This document shows positions 44,182 through 53,876 of a stretch of DNA of 56,316 bases, piece by piece. The notes under the pieces are model-generated. The model made no database searches, was not told the DNA's origin, and was given only the letters and a program-made list of their open reading frames with translations. Location of the stretch: the NCBI GenBank assembly GCA_016219715.1, contig JACRKX010000008.1, forward strand, positions 1 through 56,316, given 5' to 3'. Source of the DNA: Actinomycetota bacterium (lineage in GTDB: Bacteria > Actinomycetota > Thermoleophilia > Solirubrobacterales > JACPNS01). Numbering within the stretch: the first letter of the stretch is position 1; each line of letters starts with the position of its first letter. The position numbers and the translations under genes are program-made.

Positions 44182-45456
44182 TCACATCTCCTGGGCATGG
44201 GCGGTTGCACGGATGTGCGCCACCGCTATTGACAGTGCGAGGATGCTCAGCACGGCAAGCCCGAGCATTACGTAAAAAGTGCTTTCCGGGCGGCCGGTCT
44301 CGGACTTCGCCCAGGCGAACATCAGCGGCAGGAAGAAGCCGCCAAGGCCGCCGACCGCGCCGACCAGGCCGCCGACGGCGCCGACGTCCTTCGGGAAGTA
44401 CTGCGGGATGTAGGTGTAGACCGAGGCCTTGCCGATGCCCATCGCAACGCCAATCGTCATCACGAGCAGCGTGAACGGCAAGACGCTCATCGTCATGCTC
44501 AGCACGGCCGAGGCGAGGGCGATGATCGTGAACGAGATCGCCGTTATCGGCCTGGCACCGTAGTTGTCGGAGAGGTAGCCGCCGAGTGGGCGCAGCAAGC
44601 TCGCCGGGAAGATGAACAGAGCCGTCATGAATCCGGCGTCGCGCAGAGAGAAGTCGTAGACGTCGACGTAGTACTTCGGTAGCCAGAGCGAGAGGCCTAC
44701 GTAGGCGCCGAAGACAGTCACGTAGTAGAAGCCGAAACGCCAGACCCGCAAGATCGCCAGCGGCTTGGACATTTCGATCAGGCTGCGGCCCTTCGATGGT
44801 TTCTTGTCCTGCCGCGGCGTAATGAACGGCACGATCACCGCGCAGCAGACGAGGATGATCGCGTACATCGCCGGCACGAACCGCCAGCCGCCCGCGATCC
44901 AGCCGCCCAGCAGCCCGCCGGTGCCGACCATCGTGACCATCGTCGGCGCCAGCAGCTTCGTGATCGATGCGCCGACGTTGCCGGTGCCGAACACGCCCAG
45001 CGCAAAGCCCTGGTACTCGGCCGGATACCACGCCGAGACCCAGGCAACGCCAACGGCGAACGAAGTGCCGGCCAGACCGACGAACAGCGCGAGGATCAGC
45101 GCCTGGTCGTAGGTCTCGATACGGCTCACGAGATAGGTCGGGATCGCCGTGGCGATCAGCAGGGCCATCATCATGTTGCGGCCTCCGACCTTGTCGGTCG
45201 CGATGCCGACCGGCACCCGCAGAATCGATCCCGTCAGGACCGGGATCGCGACCAGAAGCGCGAACTCGCCCTCACTCAGCGAGAGCTCCTTGCGCATCTT
45301 CAGGCCGATGATCGCGAACATCACCCAGACCGCGAAGAACAGGGTGAACAGCACTGTGCTGATGACAAGCACCAGCTTCGCATCGGACTCAACGTGTGAA
45401 TTTGGCGCAGGTTTGGTTGCCGTAGGCGCTCTGTCTATCTGGTCATTGCCGCTCAT
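44182..45456 (-). CDS. narK: Nitrate/nitrite transporter (NarK1-type)
   Basis: P.LTGS..R...G..TD..GGR; GLAGTSFAVG; GIGKASVY; GGLGGF. Confidence 0.92.
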   Translation of the reverse strand: MSGNDQIDRAPTATKPAPNSHVESDAKLVLVISTVLFTLFFAVWVMFAIIGLKMRKELSLSEGEFALLVAIPVLTGSILRVPVGIATDKVGGRNMMMALLIATAIPTYLVSRIETYDQALILALFVGLAGTSFAVGVAWVSAWYPAEYQGFALGVFGTGNVGASITKLLAPTMVTMVGTGGLLGGWIAGGWRFVPAMYAIILVCCAVIVPFITPRQDKKPSKGRSLIEMSKPLAILRVWRFGFYYVTVFGAYVGLSLWLPKYYVDVYDFSLRDAGFMTALFIFPASLLRPLGGYLSDNYGARPITAISFTIIALASAVLSMTMSVLPFTLLVMTIGVAMGIGKASVYTYIPQYFPKDVGAVGGLVGAVGGLGGFFLPLMFAWAKSETGRPESTFYVMLGLAVLSILALSIAVAHIRATAHAQEM

Positions 45457-45468
45457 CGTTATTCCCTC

Positions 45469-45493
45469 TTTAACCCAATTTCATTGGACTAAA
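45469..45493. promoter_or_regulatory. AT-rich imperfect palindrome upstream of the nar operon
   Basis: TTTAACCCAAT-TTC-ATTGGACTAAA, between a TAGCTT -10 and the GAGGG RBS on the minus strand. Confidence 0.55.
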
Positions 45494-45582
45494 GCCAAGC
45501 TAACAATGCCGGCCGCTCCGCATACGGCACCGGACTACTGCACGCGTTGCGCAGAAACTACGGATTCTGGAGGCAGTACGCG

Positions 45583-46842
45583 CTACGCCCGCGTGAGCTC
45601 AACCGCCACTGGCGCGCCAGCGGCGAGGTCGGTGACCTCGGCCGGAATCAGCGCCAGTCCGTGCACTCCGACGAGCGACGAGATCGCGTGCGAACGCTGG
45701 TTGCCCGAGGTTGGCGCGGCCAGCAGACCACCGTGGCCGTCGTCGCTCAGCCGGCAGCGCAGCACCTGGGCGTGGCCCGGAGGCTTGCGCAGAGGCTCGG
45801 CGAGCCGGGCGGTCACGGTACGTGGCAATCGCTCGCCACCGGCCAGCGCGCGCAGAGCGGGAGCCGCAAACATGTGGAAGGTCGCATAAGCCGAGACGGG
45901 ATTGCCGGGCAGGCCGAAGACGAGCGTTGCGTTTTCGCCGCCCGCCGCCTCACGCACGCCGAAGTAGGTCGGATGCCCGGGGCGCATCGCGACCTGCCAG
46001 AAGATCTCGCCCACGCCGGCTGCCGCAAGCGCCGGCTTGACGTGGTCGTGCTCACCGACCGAGACACCGCCACAAGCGATCAGCACGTCGGGCGGGGCGC
46101 CGTCGCCGGCCAGCGCCGCGGCGATCGCTCTCTCGGCCGGGGTCTGCTCGTCGGCAACGGCGGTATCGAGCGATACGAGTTCGGCGCCGCACGCTTCGAC
46201 GAGTGCCACGAGCATCGCCGAGTTGCTGTCGAAGATCTGACCGTGTTCGAGCGTGCCACCGGGCTCGACCAGCTCGTCGCCGGTCGTCACGATCGCCACG
46301 CGCGGCCGGCGCGCGCACTCGACCGTGCCGGAGCCGACCGAGGCCAGCATCGCAATCTCGCCGGCACCGATCACAGCACCGGCCGCGACAACGCGTTCGC
46401 CGGCGCGCACGTCGTCGCCGGCGGGGCGCACGTCGTGGCCGGGCGCCAGCTCATAGGCGACCTCTACATGCGCTTCATCCGGACGACCGGCATCTTCGAC
46501 GCGAAGCACGCAGTCGGCCCCATCGGGCAGCGCGGCGCCGGTCGAGATCTTCGCGATCTCTCCCGCCTCTAGCGCACGTCGCTCGGGCGTTCCGGCTCGC
46601 GACTCGCCGGCCAGCGTGAGCACGACTGGATTGGAAGCTGTGGCGCCGGCGGTGTCGGCCGAACGCAGCGCGAAGCCGTCCATCGCAGAGTTGTCGAACG
46701 GCGGCAGGTGATGCCGGGCGAATACGTCACCGGCAAGCGTGCGGCCGCGCGCTTCGGCCAGCCGTACCGTCTCGGCGGGCAGCCGTCGCGCACGTTCGAG
46801 TACCTGCTCGCGCGCCGGTCCGAGTGCCAAATGCGAGGCCAT
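45583..46842 (-). CDS. moeA: Molybdopterin molybdotransferase
   Basis: PPFDNSAMDGFA; TTGDELV; GGVSVG; LPGNPVS. Confidence 0.96.
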   Translation of the reverse strand: MASHLALGPAREQVLERARRLPAETVRLAEARGRTLAGDVFARHHLPPFDNSAMDGFALRSADTAGATASNPVVLTLAGESRAGTPERRALEAGEIAKISTGAALPDGADCVLRVEDAGRPDEAHVEVAYELAPGHDVRPAGDDVRAGERVVAAGAVIGAGEIAMLASVGSGTVECARRPRVAIVTTGDELVEPGGTLEHGQIFDSNSAMLVALVEACGAELVSLDTAVADEQTPAERAIAAALAGDGAPPDVLIACGGVSVGEHDHVKPALAAAGVGEIFWQVAMRPGHPTYFGVREAAGGENATLVFGLPGNPVSAYATFHMFAAPALRALAGGERLPRTVTARLAEPLRKPPGHAQVLRCRLSDDGHGGLLAAPTSGNQRSHAISSLVGVHGLALIPAEVTDLAAGAPVAVELTRA

Positions 46843-46854
46843 CGGTCGCGGTCC

Positions 46855-47337
46855 CTAGTGACCCGATCCGTCGTCGATCAGCAGCGCCATCGCGTGCTCG
46901 AGCACATCGACCAGCGGCTCGCCGGCCTCGGCGATCGCACGTGGATTTCCCGGAAAGTTGATGACCAGCGCGCGGTTGCGCACACCGGCGACCCCGCGCG
47001 ACATCATCCAGTACTTGGTGTGCTCCTTCGACGCCAGGCGTAGAGCCTCGGCGATACCGGGAGCCTCCTTTTCGACTACTGCCATGGTGGCCTCTGGGGT
47101 CACGTCGCTGGGCGAAAGCCCAGTGCCGCCGCTGGTCAGAACGAGGTCGGCGCGCTGCGGTTCACACCAGTGCTTGATCCGCTCTTCGATCTGAGCGCGG
47201 TCGTCGGGGATCAGCTCTTCGCCGACGAGCTCGGCGCCGAGCCGGTCCACGTACTGCTTGAGCGCCGGCGTGCCGAGGTCCTCGCCGTCTCCGGCGGACT
47301 TGCTGGTCGAAATCGTGATGATCGCCACGCGCAGCAT
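46855..47337 (-). CDS. MogA/MoaB family molybdenum cofactor protein
   Basis: IPDD; TSGGTGLSPSDVTPEA; SRGVAG; NFPGNP. Confidence 0.92.
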   Translation of the reverse strand: MLRVAIITISTSKSAGDGEDLGTPALKQYVDRLGAELVGEELIPDDRAQIEERIKHWCEPQRADLVLTSGGTGLSPSDVTPEATMAVVEKEAPGIAEALRLASKEHTKYWMMSRGVAGVRNRALVINFPGNPRAIAEAGEPLVDVLEHAMALLIDDGSGH

Positions 47338-47360
47338 GTGGACCTCCTTCGTAGTTTCCG

Positions 47361-47873
47361 TCAGGCGTCGCCCGACGCGAGCTTCCAGTCGTGCCGGCCG
47401 CCCGATTTCTCGAGCAGCACTACTTCTTCGATCGATACGCCACGCTCGACGCCCTTGACCATGTCATAAACGGTCAGCGCGGCGACGCTTGCCGCGGTCA
47501 GCGCCTCCATCTCGACTCCGGTCTTGCCGCTGGTGCGCGCCTCGGCCTCGATCGTGACACGGCCGGCGCCGGCGTCGATCGCGATCTCGACGTCGACGAA
47601 GTTCAGTGACAGCGGATGCGCGAGCGGGATCAATTCAGCCGTCCGCTTCGCCGCCATCACGCCCGCCAGGCGTGCCGTGGCGATCACGTCGCCCTTCGGG
47701 TTGTCGCCGCGAGCGACGAGTTCGGACGTTGCCGGGAGCATCTTCACCGTTGCGCGAGCGCGGGCGCGGCGATCGCTTTCGGCCTTGGCGCCGACATCGA
47801 CCATGCGCGCGTTGCCGTCGGCGTCGACGTGAGTCAACCGCGAGCCGGACTCCGAACCGGGATCGGTAGTCAT
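47361..47873 (-). CDS. moaC: Cyclic pyranopterin monophosphate synthase
   Basis: LTHVD..G.ARMVDV; ELIPLAHP; TGVEMEAL; YDMVK; LEKSGG. Confidence 0.96.
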   Translation of the reverse strand: MTTDPGSESGSRLTHVDADGNARMVDVGAKAESDRRARARATVKMLPATSELVARGDNPKGDVIATARLAGVMAAKRTAELIPLAHPLSLNFVDVEIAIDAGAGRVTIEAEARTSGKTGVEMEALTAASVAALTVYDMVKGVERGVSIEEVVLLEKSGGRHDWKLASGDA

Positions 47874-47914
47874 GACGGATATAAAAGCACTTCGACGGAC
47901 GTATGCTGAGAGAC

Positions 47915-48613
47915 GTGACCGTGAAGGTGAAGCTTTTCGCGATGCTGCGCGAACGCGCCGGCCGTCGCGAAATCGACGTTGAGGCCGTCGACGGTGAGAC
48001 CGTCGACGAAGTCTCCGCGCGCGCCGCCGAGCAGGCCGGCATCGGCGATCTGCTCGCGCGCATGCCCGTGGTCACCGCCGTCAACCGTGCGTATGTTCCG
48101 GGCGACACGCCGATGCACGACGGCGACGAACTCGCTCTGATCCCGCCGGTCAGCGGCGGAGCCGGTACGCCGGTGCATGCGCGGGTCACGGCCGAACCGC
48201 TCTCGGCCGACCGGCTCTGCGAGCTGGTGCGCAACGACGCGGCCGGTGCCATCGTCTGCTTCCAGGGCACGACCCGCGACGTCGACCGGCTCGACTACGA
48301 GGCCTACGCCGAAATGGCCGAAACCAAGATCGAAGAGATCCTGCGCAACGTCTCGGCCGAGCACGGCCTGCTGGCCGCCGCCGCCGAGCACCGCACCGGC
48401 GCCGTGCCGCGAGCCGAGACCAGTGTCGTCGTGGCAGTCAGCGCGCCACACCGCGCCGAGGCATTCGCCGGCGCGCGCGCGGCACTCGACCTGATCAAGA
48501 GCGAGGCGCCGATCTGGAAACGCGAAGTCGTCGCCGACGTTGCCGGCGAGACCGCCAGCTGGGTCGACGGCGTCGCTCCAACCGTTCCCGAAGCCGCGGG
48601 CGAGCGCCGATGA
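47915..48613 (+). CDS. MoaD-MoaE fusion molybdopterin synthase (MoaX-like)
   Basis: VKLFAMLRE...IPPVSGG (MoaD) continues into GAIVCF.G, LDYEAY, HR.G, SAPHR, K..APIWKRE (MoaE); TATGCT 7 nt before GTG 47915. Confidence 0.92.
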   Translation: MTVKVKLFAMLRERAGRREIDVEAVDGETVDEVSARAAEQAGIGDLLARMPVVTAVNRAYVPGDTPMHDGDELALIPPVSGGAGTPVHARVTAEPLSADRLCELVRNDAAGAIVCFQGTTRDVDRLDYEAYAEMAETKIEEILRNVSAEHGLLAAAAEHRTGAVPRAETSVVVAVSAPHRAEAFAGARAALDLIKSEAPIWKREVVADVAGETASWVDGVAPTVPEAAGERR

Positions 48614-49635
48614 ACGCCTTCTTCGCACCGCGCGCCGACGCGGGTCAGATCGAACCGCTGGTCGACGGCCACGGCCGCACGATCGGCGACCTCCGCGTCT
48701 CGGTCACCGACCTCTGCAACCTTCGCTGTCAGTACTGCATGCCGCCCGAGGGCGTCGACTGGCTCGACCATTCCGAAGTGCTGAGCTTCGAGGAGATCGC
48801 GCGGCTCGTCGATGTCTTCGCCTCGCTCGGCGTGCACTCCGTACGCCTGACCGGCGGAGAGCCACTCGTGCGCCGTGAGTTTCCGAAGCTCGCCGCGATG
48901 ATCGGGCGTATCGGCGGCATCGAGGATCTGTCGATCACGACCAACGGTTTCTACCTCGAGCGCGACGCGACCGCACTCGTGGCGGCCGGCATCCACCGCT
49001 TCAACGTCAGCCTCGACGCGCTCGACCGCAAACGCTTCGCGCAGGTCACCCGGCGCGACGTCTACGACCGGGTGATCGCCGGGCTGCAGGCGCTCGAAGG
49101 TCTCGAAGGCGTGACCGCGATCAAAGTCAACGCCGTCGCAATGCGCGGGTTCACCGAGCACGACGTACTGGCGTTCGCCGAGCTGGCACGCACACGGCCC
49201 TACCAGATCCGCTTCATCGAGTACATGCCGATCGGTGCCGACGACTGGCGCGCCGAGGACGTACTGACCGGCGAGGAGCTACGCGCGATGATCGAGACCG
49301 CCTACCCCTTGGTGCCGACCGAGCACGAACCGCACGCCACCGCACGCGTCTTCCGCTTCGCCGACGGCGATGGCGAGATCGGCTTCATCAACCCCGTCAG
49401 CCAGCCGTTCTGCGGAGAGTGCGACCGCGTGCGACTGACGGCCGATGGCAAGCTGCGCACCTGCCTCTTCAGCCACTACGAGACGAACCTGCGCGACCCA
49501 CTGCGTGGCGGCGCAGGCGACGAAGAGCTGCGCCAGGTGATCCGCGACGCAGTCTGGCGCAAAGAGCTCAAGCACGCGATCGGCGACGAGGGCTTCCGCA
49601 AGCCCGCGCGCACGATGTCGTCGATCGGCGGCTAA
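48610..49635 (+). CDS. moaA: GTP 3',8-cyclase
   Basis: LRVSVTD.CNLRCQYC; TGGEP; FCGECDR.R; CLF; MSSIGG. Confidence 0.97.
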   Translation: MNAFFAPRADAGQIEPLVDGHGRTIGDLRVSVTDLCNLRCQYCMPPEGVDWLDHSEVLSFEEIARLVDVFASLGVHSVRLTGGEPLVRREFPKLAAMIGRIGGIEDLSITTNGFYLERDATALVAAGIHRFNVSLDALDRKRFAQVTRRDVYDRVIAGLQALEGLEGVTAIKVNAVAMRGFTEHDVLAFAELARTRPYQIRFIEYMPIGADDWRAEDVLTGEELRAMIETAYPLVPTEHEPHATARVFRFADGDGEIGFINPVSQPFCGECDRVRLTADGKLRTCLFSHYETNLRDPLRGGAGDEELRQVIRDAVWRKELKHAIGDEGFRKPARTMSSIGG

Positions 49636-49638
49636 CCC

Positions 49639-50259
49639 GTGACTGGCGGCGCGGCGACCGGCGTGGTTCTGGCCGGCGGCGCGAGCAGCCGCTTCGGCAG
49701 CCCCAAGGCGGCGGCGCAGCTGGCCGGGCGCGCGATGATCGAGTACCCGCTGGCCGCGATGCGCGAGGCCGGCCTGCCGGCGGTCGTGATCGCGAAGTCC
49801 GATAGCGACCTGCCGGCGCTGCCCGGCGCGGTCGAGGTCATCCGCGAGCCCGACCGGCCGCGGCACCCGCTATGCGGGATCGTCACCGCACTCGAACGGA
49901 TCGGCGGGCCGATCGTCGTCTGCGCTTGCGACATGCCTTTCGTTACGCCGGAGCTACTCGGCTGGCTGGCCGCGCTGCCTGGCGAGAGCGCGATCGTCGT
50001 CGCCGGTGGATCGCCTCAGCCATTGCTTGGCCGCTATACGCCGGCGGCATTGCCCGCGCTGCGTGAGGCACTCGACGCAGAGTCGTCGGTACTACGCGCC
50101 CTCGAGCTCGCGGGCGCGCGCGAGATCGACGAAGGCGAGCTCTCTCGGTTCGGCGAACCGTCCGAGCTGATCGCCGACATCGACTCCCAGATCGCGTTGC
50201 AAGAGGCCGAATCAAAGCTGCGGAAAGCTACGGATTCAGCCGCCGCGCCGCGGCGGTAA
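49639..50259 (+). CDS. mobA: Molybdenum cofactor guanylyltransferase
   Basis: LAGGASSRFGSPK; PL.GI..AL; ACDMPF. Confidence 0.92.
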   Translation: MTGGAATGVVLAGGASSRFGSPKAAAQLAGRAMIEYPLAAMREAGLPAVVIAKSDSDLPALPGAVEVIREPDRPRHPLCGIVTALERIGGPIVVCACDMPFVTPELLGWLAALPGESAIVVAGGSPQPLLGRYTPAALPALREALDAESSVLRALELAGAREIDEGELSRFGEPSELIADIDSQIALQEAESKLRKATDSAAAPRR

Positions 50260-50320
50260 TTTGTACAGGCTGATTGTGCAAAAAGTCACGCGGGAGGCGC
50301 GGTTTTCCCGGACACGTGAT

Positions 50321-50333
50321 TGAACTTTGTTCA
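50321..50333. promoter_or_regulatory. Short palindrome in an AT-rich promoter region
   Basis: TGAAC-TTT-GTTCA next to TTGACA and TACATT. Confidence 0.4.
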
Positions 50334-50429
50334 TTTTGACATCATTTCGTGTTACATTGGGACGACGATCCCAACTCTGCCCCCGGTCGCCAACCGGCCG
50401 TGAGGCGCCAGCGAAAGGCGGTAGCCGCG

Positions 50430-51254
50430 ATGCGCGCATCGACGTTCTTTGAAGGAGTCCACCAGACCCCGGTTGACCTCGACGGCAGCGTGTTCAAGGT
50501 GCCGCTCTTCTACTACGACGGTGAGCAGATGACGGGCATCTTCCCGGCCCGCCTGTCGGGCCTGCGGCGGATGCTGCCCGACCGCCGCCTCTCGCCGGCC
50601 CGCATCGCCCCGGGTGTCGGCGCGATCGCCGTGACCTGTTTCGAATACCGCGACACCGACATCGACGCGTATAACGAGCTGGCAATCGCAATCCCCCTGA
50701 ACGAGCCGTACTTCCGGCCCAACCTGCCGGGCCGCGCGATGCTCGACGCCGTTCGCCGCGGACAGTTCGACAACTGGGTGCACCACCTACCCGTCACGAC
50801 CGAAATCGCCCGTGCCGGCGGCCGGGAGTTCTACAACTATCCGAAGTTCATCGCCGGCATCGACTACGAGCAAAACGAAGCCGTGCGTACCTGCCGGCTG
50901 ACCGAAGGGGCCGAGCACATCCTCACGCTTCAGTGCCGGCGCATCCCCGGCAGCGGCAGCGAGCAGCTCCAGCTCTTCAGCCATCTCTACCAGAACCGCG
51001 AGCCCCAGAGCTCTGAGTTCAAGATCCTCGCGCACGACCTCGGGCGCAGCATCAAGCCCGGCGCCGCCACGCTGCAGCTTGGCGACCGCCACCCGATCGC
51101 GCGCGAACTCGACGGCGTGCTGCTGTCGCGCAACTCGATCGCCACGGCGTACTCGCCGCGCATCGAGGGCATCCTCTACGGCCCGCACCACGCCACGCCC
51201 GAAGTGCTCGAGAAGCTCGGCGTGATCGAGAGCGGCGTCGAGGCGACGGCTTAG
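50430..51254 (+). CDS. Acetoacetate decarboxylase (ADC)-like family protein
   Basis: P.FYYD; FEYRDTDI.AYNE; LPVTTEIA..GGRE.YNYPK. Confidence 0.85.
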   Translation: MRASTFFEGVHQTPVDLDGSVFKVPLFYYDGEQMTGIFPARLSGLRRMLPDRRLSPARIAPGVGAIAVTCFEYRDTDIDAYNELAIAIPLNEPYFRPNLPGRAMLDAVRRGQFDNWVHHLPVTTEIARAGGREFYNYPKFIAGIDYEQNEAVRTCRLTEGAEHILTLQCRRIPGSGSEQLQLFSHLYQNREPQSSEFKILAHDLGRSIKPGAATLQLGDRHPIARELDGVLLSRNSIATAYSPRIEGILYGPHHATPEVLEKLGVIESGVEATA

Positions 51255-51261
51255 GCGAGCG

Positions 51262-52752
51262 ATGAGCGCCACGACACTAGACCCGCTGCGCGAGGCCGTA
51301 CCGCGGCTGATCGATCACCCCCAGCTGCACGGTCGCCAGCTCGATTCGCTCTCCGAGATGATTGCGAAGACGCGCAAGTTCGCTCGTGAGTCGATCCGCC
51401 CGCGAGCGCTCGAACTCGACCGCATCGCAGACATCGACCCCGGCCACTTCCCGTGGGACCTCGCCGCCGAAGGCGCCAAGCTCGGTCTGCTGAACCTGAT
51501 CACTCCGCGCCCATCGGGCGGCGACGTCGACTACTTCTGCCTGCGCGCCTCGCTGCTGGCCGAAGAGATCGCCGCCGGCTGCGCCGGGATGGCCACGCTG
51601 TTCGGCGCACACGCCCTGGGCCTGACCCCGCTGGTCGTCGGCGGACCGGCCTTCTGGGACGGCGTGATGAAGGATGTCGCCGCCTCGAAGGACGACGTGC
51701 GGCCGACGATCATGGCCTGCGCGATCACCGAGCCAACGGCCGGCACAGACGTCGAGCACCACGAGCTGGTGCGCACGGCGAAGCTCGTCAGCCGCGCAGT
51801 GAAGGTCGAGGGCGGCTACCGGATCAGCGGCGTCAAACACTTCATCAGCAACGGAAACGTCGCCCGCTGGATCACGGTGATAATGCCGGAGGATCCAAAG
51901 AATCCCTACGAGACCACGCTCGGCTTCCTGGTCGGCAACGACTCGCCGGGGTTCAGCGTTACGAAAGTCGAGCACAAGATGGGCCAGCGCAGCTCGCCAG
52001 CCGCGGAGCTGACTTTCGACGACGTCTTCGTACCCAACGACCGGGTGATCGGCCGGCCGGGAGATGGCACCCCGATGGTGGCCGGCGTACTGGCCGGCTC
52101 ACGGCCGGTCGTCGGCGGGATCGCGACCGGCATCGCGCGCGGCGCCTACGAACGGCTGCTCGACTGGCTGGAGAACGACCCGGCGGCCGCGGGCCTGCTC
52201 GATCGCCAGCAGGTTCAGATCTCGCTGGCAAAGATGTACGAGGCGATCCACGTGTCGCGCCAGGCGTATCTCGACGCCGCGACAGAGTTCGACGCGGTGT
52301 CGCTGGGCAAGTTGTTCGGCAACTCGCTGGTAAAGGCATTCGGCCGCATGCCATCGGCGGTGCGCACCAACGCGCTCGCTCACCGGCGGCTCAACAGCGA
52401 CTTGTCGCGGCGGCTGCTGATGCAAGTCGTCAACCGCGAAGTCGGCGATGACCTGCTCACCCAGTCGCTCGCCATGTCTTCGCTGGCAAAGGCGCGCGGC
52501 GGCGACACGGCGATGTGGGTGACGGGCCTCGCCCTGGAGATCGCCGGTCTTGAATGCGGCTCGTTGCGTCCCGAACTCGAAAAGTGCATGCGCGACGCCA
52601 AGCTCTGCCAGATCTACGAGGGAACCAACCAGTTGAACCGGCTGGAAGTCTTCGAGGGGCTCGTCGCAGGACAGTCGATGCACGTGCTCGGCGACGCGGT
52701 CGCCGGCATGTCCACGTCGAACGGATCTACGCCTAAAGGAGCGGTCGTATGA
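51262..52752 (+). CDS. Acyl-CoA dehydrogenase, catalytic-type subunit with a helical insertion
   Basis: AITEPTAGTD; G.KHFISNG; KMGQR; RDAK..QIYEGTNQ. Confidence 0.9.
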   Translation: MSATTLDPLREAVPRLIDHPQLHGRQLDSLSEMIAKTRKFARESIRPRALELDRIADIDPGHFPWDLAAEGAKLGLLNLITPRPSGGDVDYFCLRASLLAEEIAAGCAGMATLFGAHALGLTPLVVGGPAFWDGVMKDVAASKDDVRPTIMACAITEPTAGTDVEHHELVRTAKLVSRAVKVEGGYRISGVKHFISNGNVARWITVIMPEDPKNPYETTLGFLVGNDSPGFSVTKVEHKMGQRSSPAAELTFDDVFVPNDRVIGRPGDGTPMVAGVLAGSRPVVGGIATGIARGAYERLLDWLENDPAAAGLLDRQQVQISLAKMYEAIHVSRQAYLDAATEFDAVSLGKLFGNSLVKAFGRMPSAVRTNALAHRRLNSDLSRRLLMQVVNREVGDDLLTQSLAMSSLAKARGGDTAMWVTGLALEIAGLECGSLRPELEKCMRDAKLCQIYEGTNQLNRLEVFEGLVAGQSMHVLGDAVAGMSTSNGSTPKGAVV

Positions 52753-53807
52753 CAACGGTTGAATCTTCAGAGATCGGCACCAGCGAGCTGACGGAGTTCG
52801 TGTCGGTCGCCGGGCATTTCGGTATTGACGTTCCCGGCCGGCTCGCTCTCGAACTCGACGTGGGATCGCCTGACGCGGTGCTTCGCTGCTGGCACGGGCT
52901 ATGCAAGATCGGCCTCGACCGCTGCATCGTTCCGGGCACTTCAGGCGGAGCGGATCTTCCCGACGCGGCGCTCGCACCGCTGGTCGAGGCCGTCGCCACC
53001 GGCGACGCCGGCACGGCGCTGCTGATGCTCAGTTCGAACATCGCTCTCGCCACGCTGACGCCGGAACTCATCGCCGCCGTTCCCGAAACCGACCGCTGGG
53101 CCTACGTGCCCGCCGGAGGAGCGCGTCCAACCGAGCGGCTTCCGGTGCTCGAAGACGGCAAGCTGACGGGCACGGTGGAATTCGCGCTCGGTGCGTTCGG
53201 AGCGGACGGGCTGGTCTTTGCCTGCCGCGAAGACGACGCGCTGGTGCTGGCGGCCGTCACCGGCGGCTCCAGCGGAAAGACCGAGCGGCGCGTCGACGAC
53301 CAGCTCGCACTGGGTGGCGCACCCGTAGCCGAGATCGTGCTCGACGGGGCTCCGGCGGTGCGCGTAGGCGACGAGCCCGAGGCCGGGCGCGCCGACGCCC
53401 TGCTGAACGCCGGCGTCGCCGCGATCGCCCGGGGAGTCGCGCGCCGCGGGCGCGAGATGGCGCTGGAGTACGCGGAGAATCGTTACCAGGGCGGCGGCCC
53501 GATCATCATCCACGGAGCCGTGCGCGACATGCTCGCGCGCATGAGCGAGCGCGAGCTTGCCATGACGCCTGTGACCGATCCGTCTGCACCCCTTGACCCC
53601 GCGATCGCCCTGGCCCGGAAGATCGCCGACACCGACGCGGCAGTCGAATCGACGATCGACGCCGTGCAGGTGTTCGGAGGCATGGGCTACATGCACGAGA
53701 CCGGGGTAGAGAAGCTGATGCGCGACGCCAAGTACTGCCAGCTCTACCCCACTCCCAACTGGATTGCGCGCGACGCGCTGCTCGAAACGCAGCGCAAGCG
53801 CCACTAG
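52749..53807 (+). CDS. Acyl-CoA dehydrogenase-like partner subunit
   Basis: YAENRYQGG; AVQVFGGMGYM....EKLMRDAK; QLYPTPN without the catalytic Glu; start overlaps the upstream stop (ATGA). Confidence 0.85.
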   Translation: MTTVESSEIGTSELTEFVSVAGHFGIDVPGRLALELDVGSPDAVLRCWHGLCKIGLDRCIVPGTSGGADLPDAALAPLVEAVATGDAGTALLMLSSNIALATLTPELIAAVPETDRWAYVPAGGARPTERLPVLEDGKLTGTVEFALGAFGADGLVFACREDDALVLAAVTGGSSGKTERRVDDQLALGGAPVAEIVLDGAPAVRVGDEPEAGRADALLNAGVAAIARGVARRGREMALEYAENRYQGGGPIIIHGAVRDMLARMSERELAMTPVTDPSAPLDPAIALARKIADTDAAVESTIDAVQVFGGMGYMHETGVEKLMRDAKYCQLYPTPNWIARDALLETQRKRH

Positions 53808-53814
53808 ACCTGCA

Positions 53815-53855
53815 CTGGGCCGGCGCCGTTCGCGCAGGGGCGAGCGCCGGCCCAG
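53815..53855. terminator. Hairpin between convergent genes
   Basis: CTGGGCCGGCGC...GCGCCGGCCCAG. Confidence 0.65.
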
Positions 53856-53876
53856 CAGGAAACTTCAACCCGCGAG

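Noticed and set aside
37607-44275. Long plus-strand ORFs (533, 473 and 507 aa), and the similar 20733-22262 minus-strand ORF
   Set aside because: Antisense shadows of well-supported genes, expected in high-GC DNA.
42821-45456. Fused NarK1-NarK2 suggested by the 736-aa ORF
   Set aside because: The two transporters are in different frames; the upstream one has its own stop and the downstream one its own RBS and start, so the extension is off-frame.
50322-50332. LexA/SOS box
   Set aside because: Spacing is GAAC-N3-GTTC rather than N4, and the downstream genes are metabolic.
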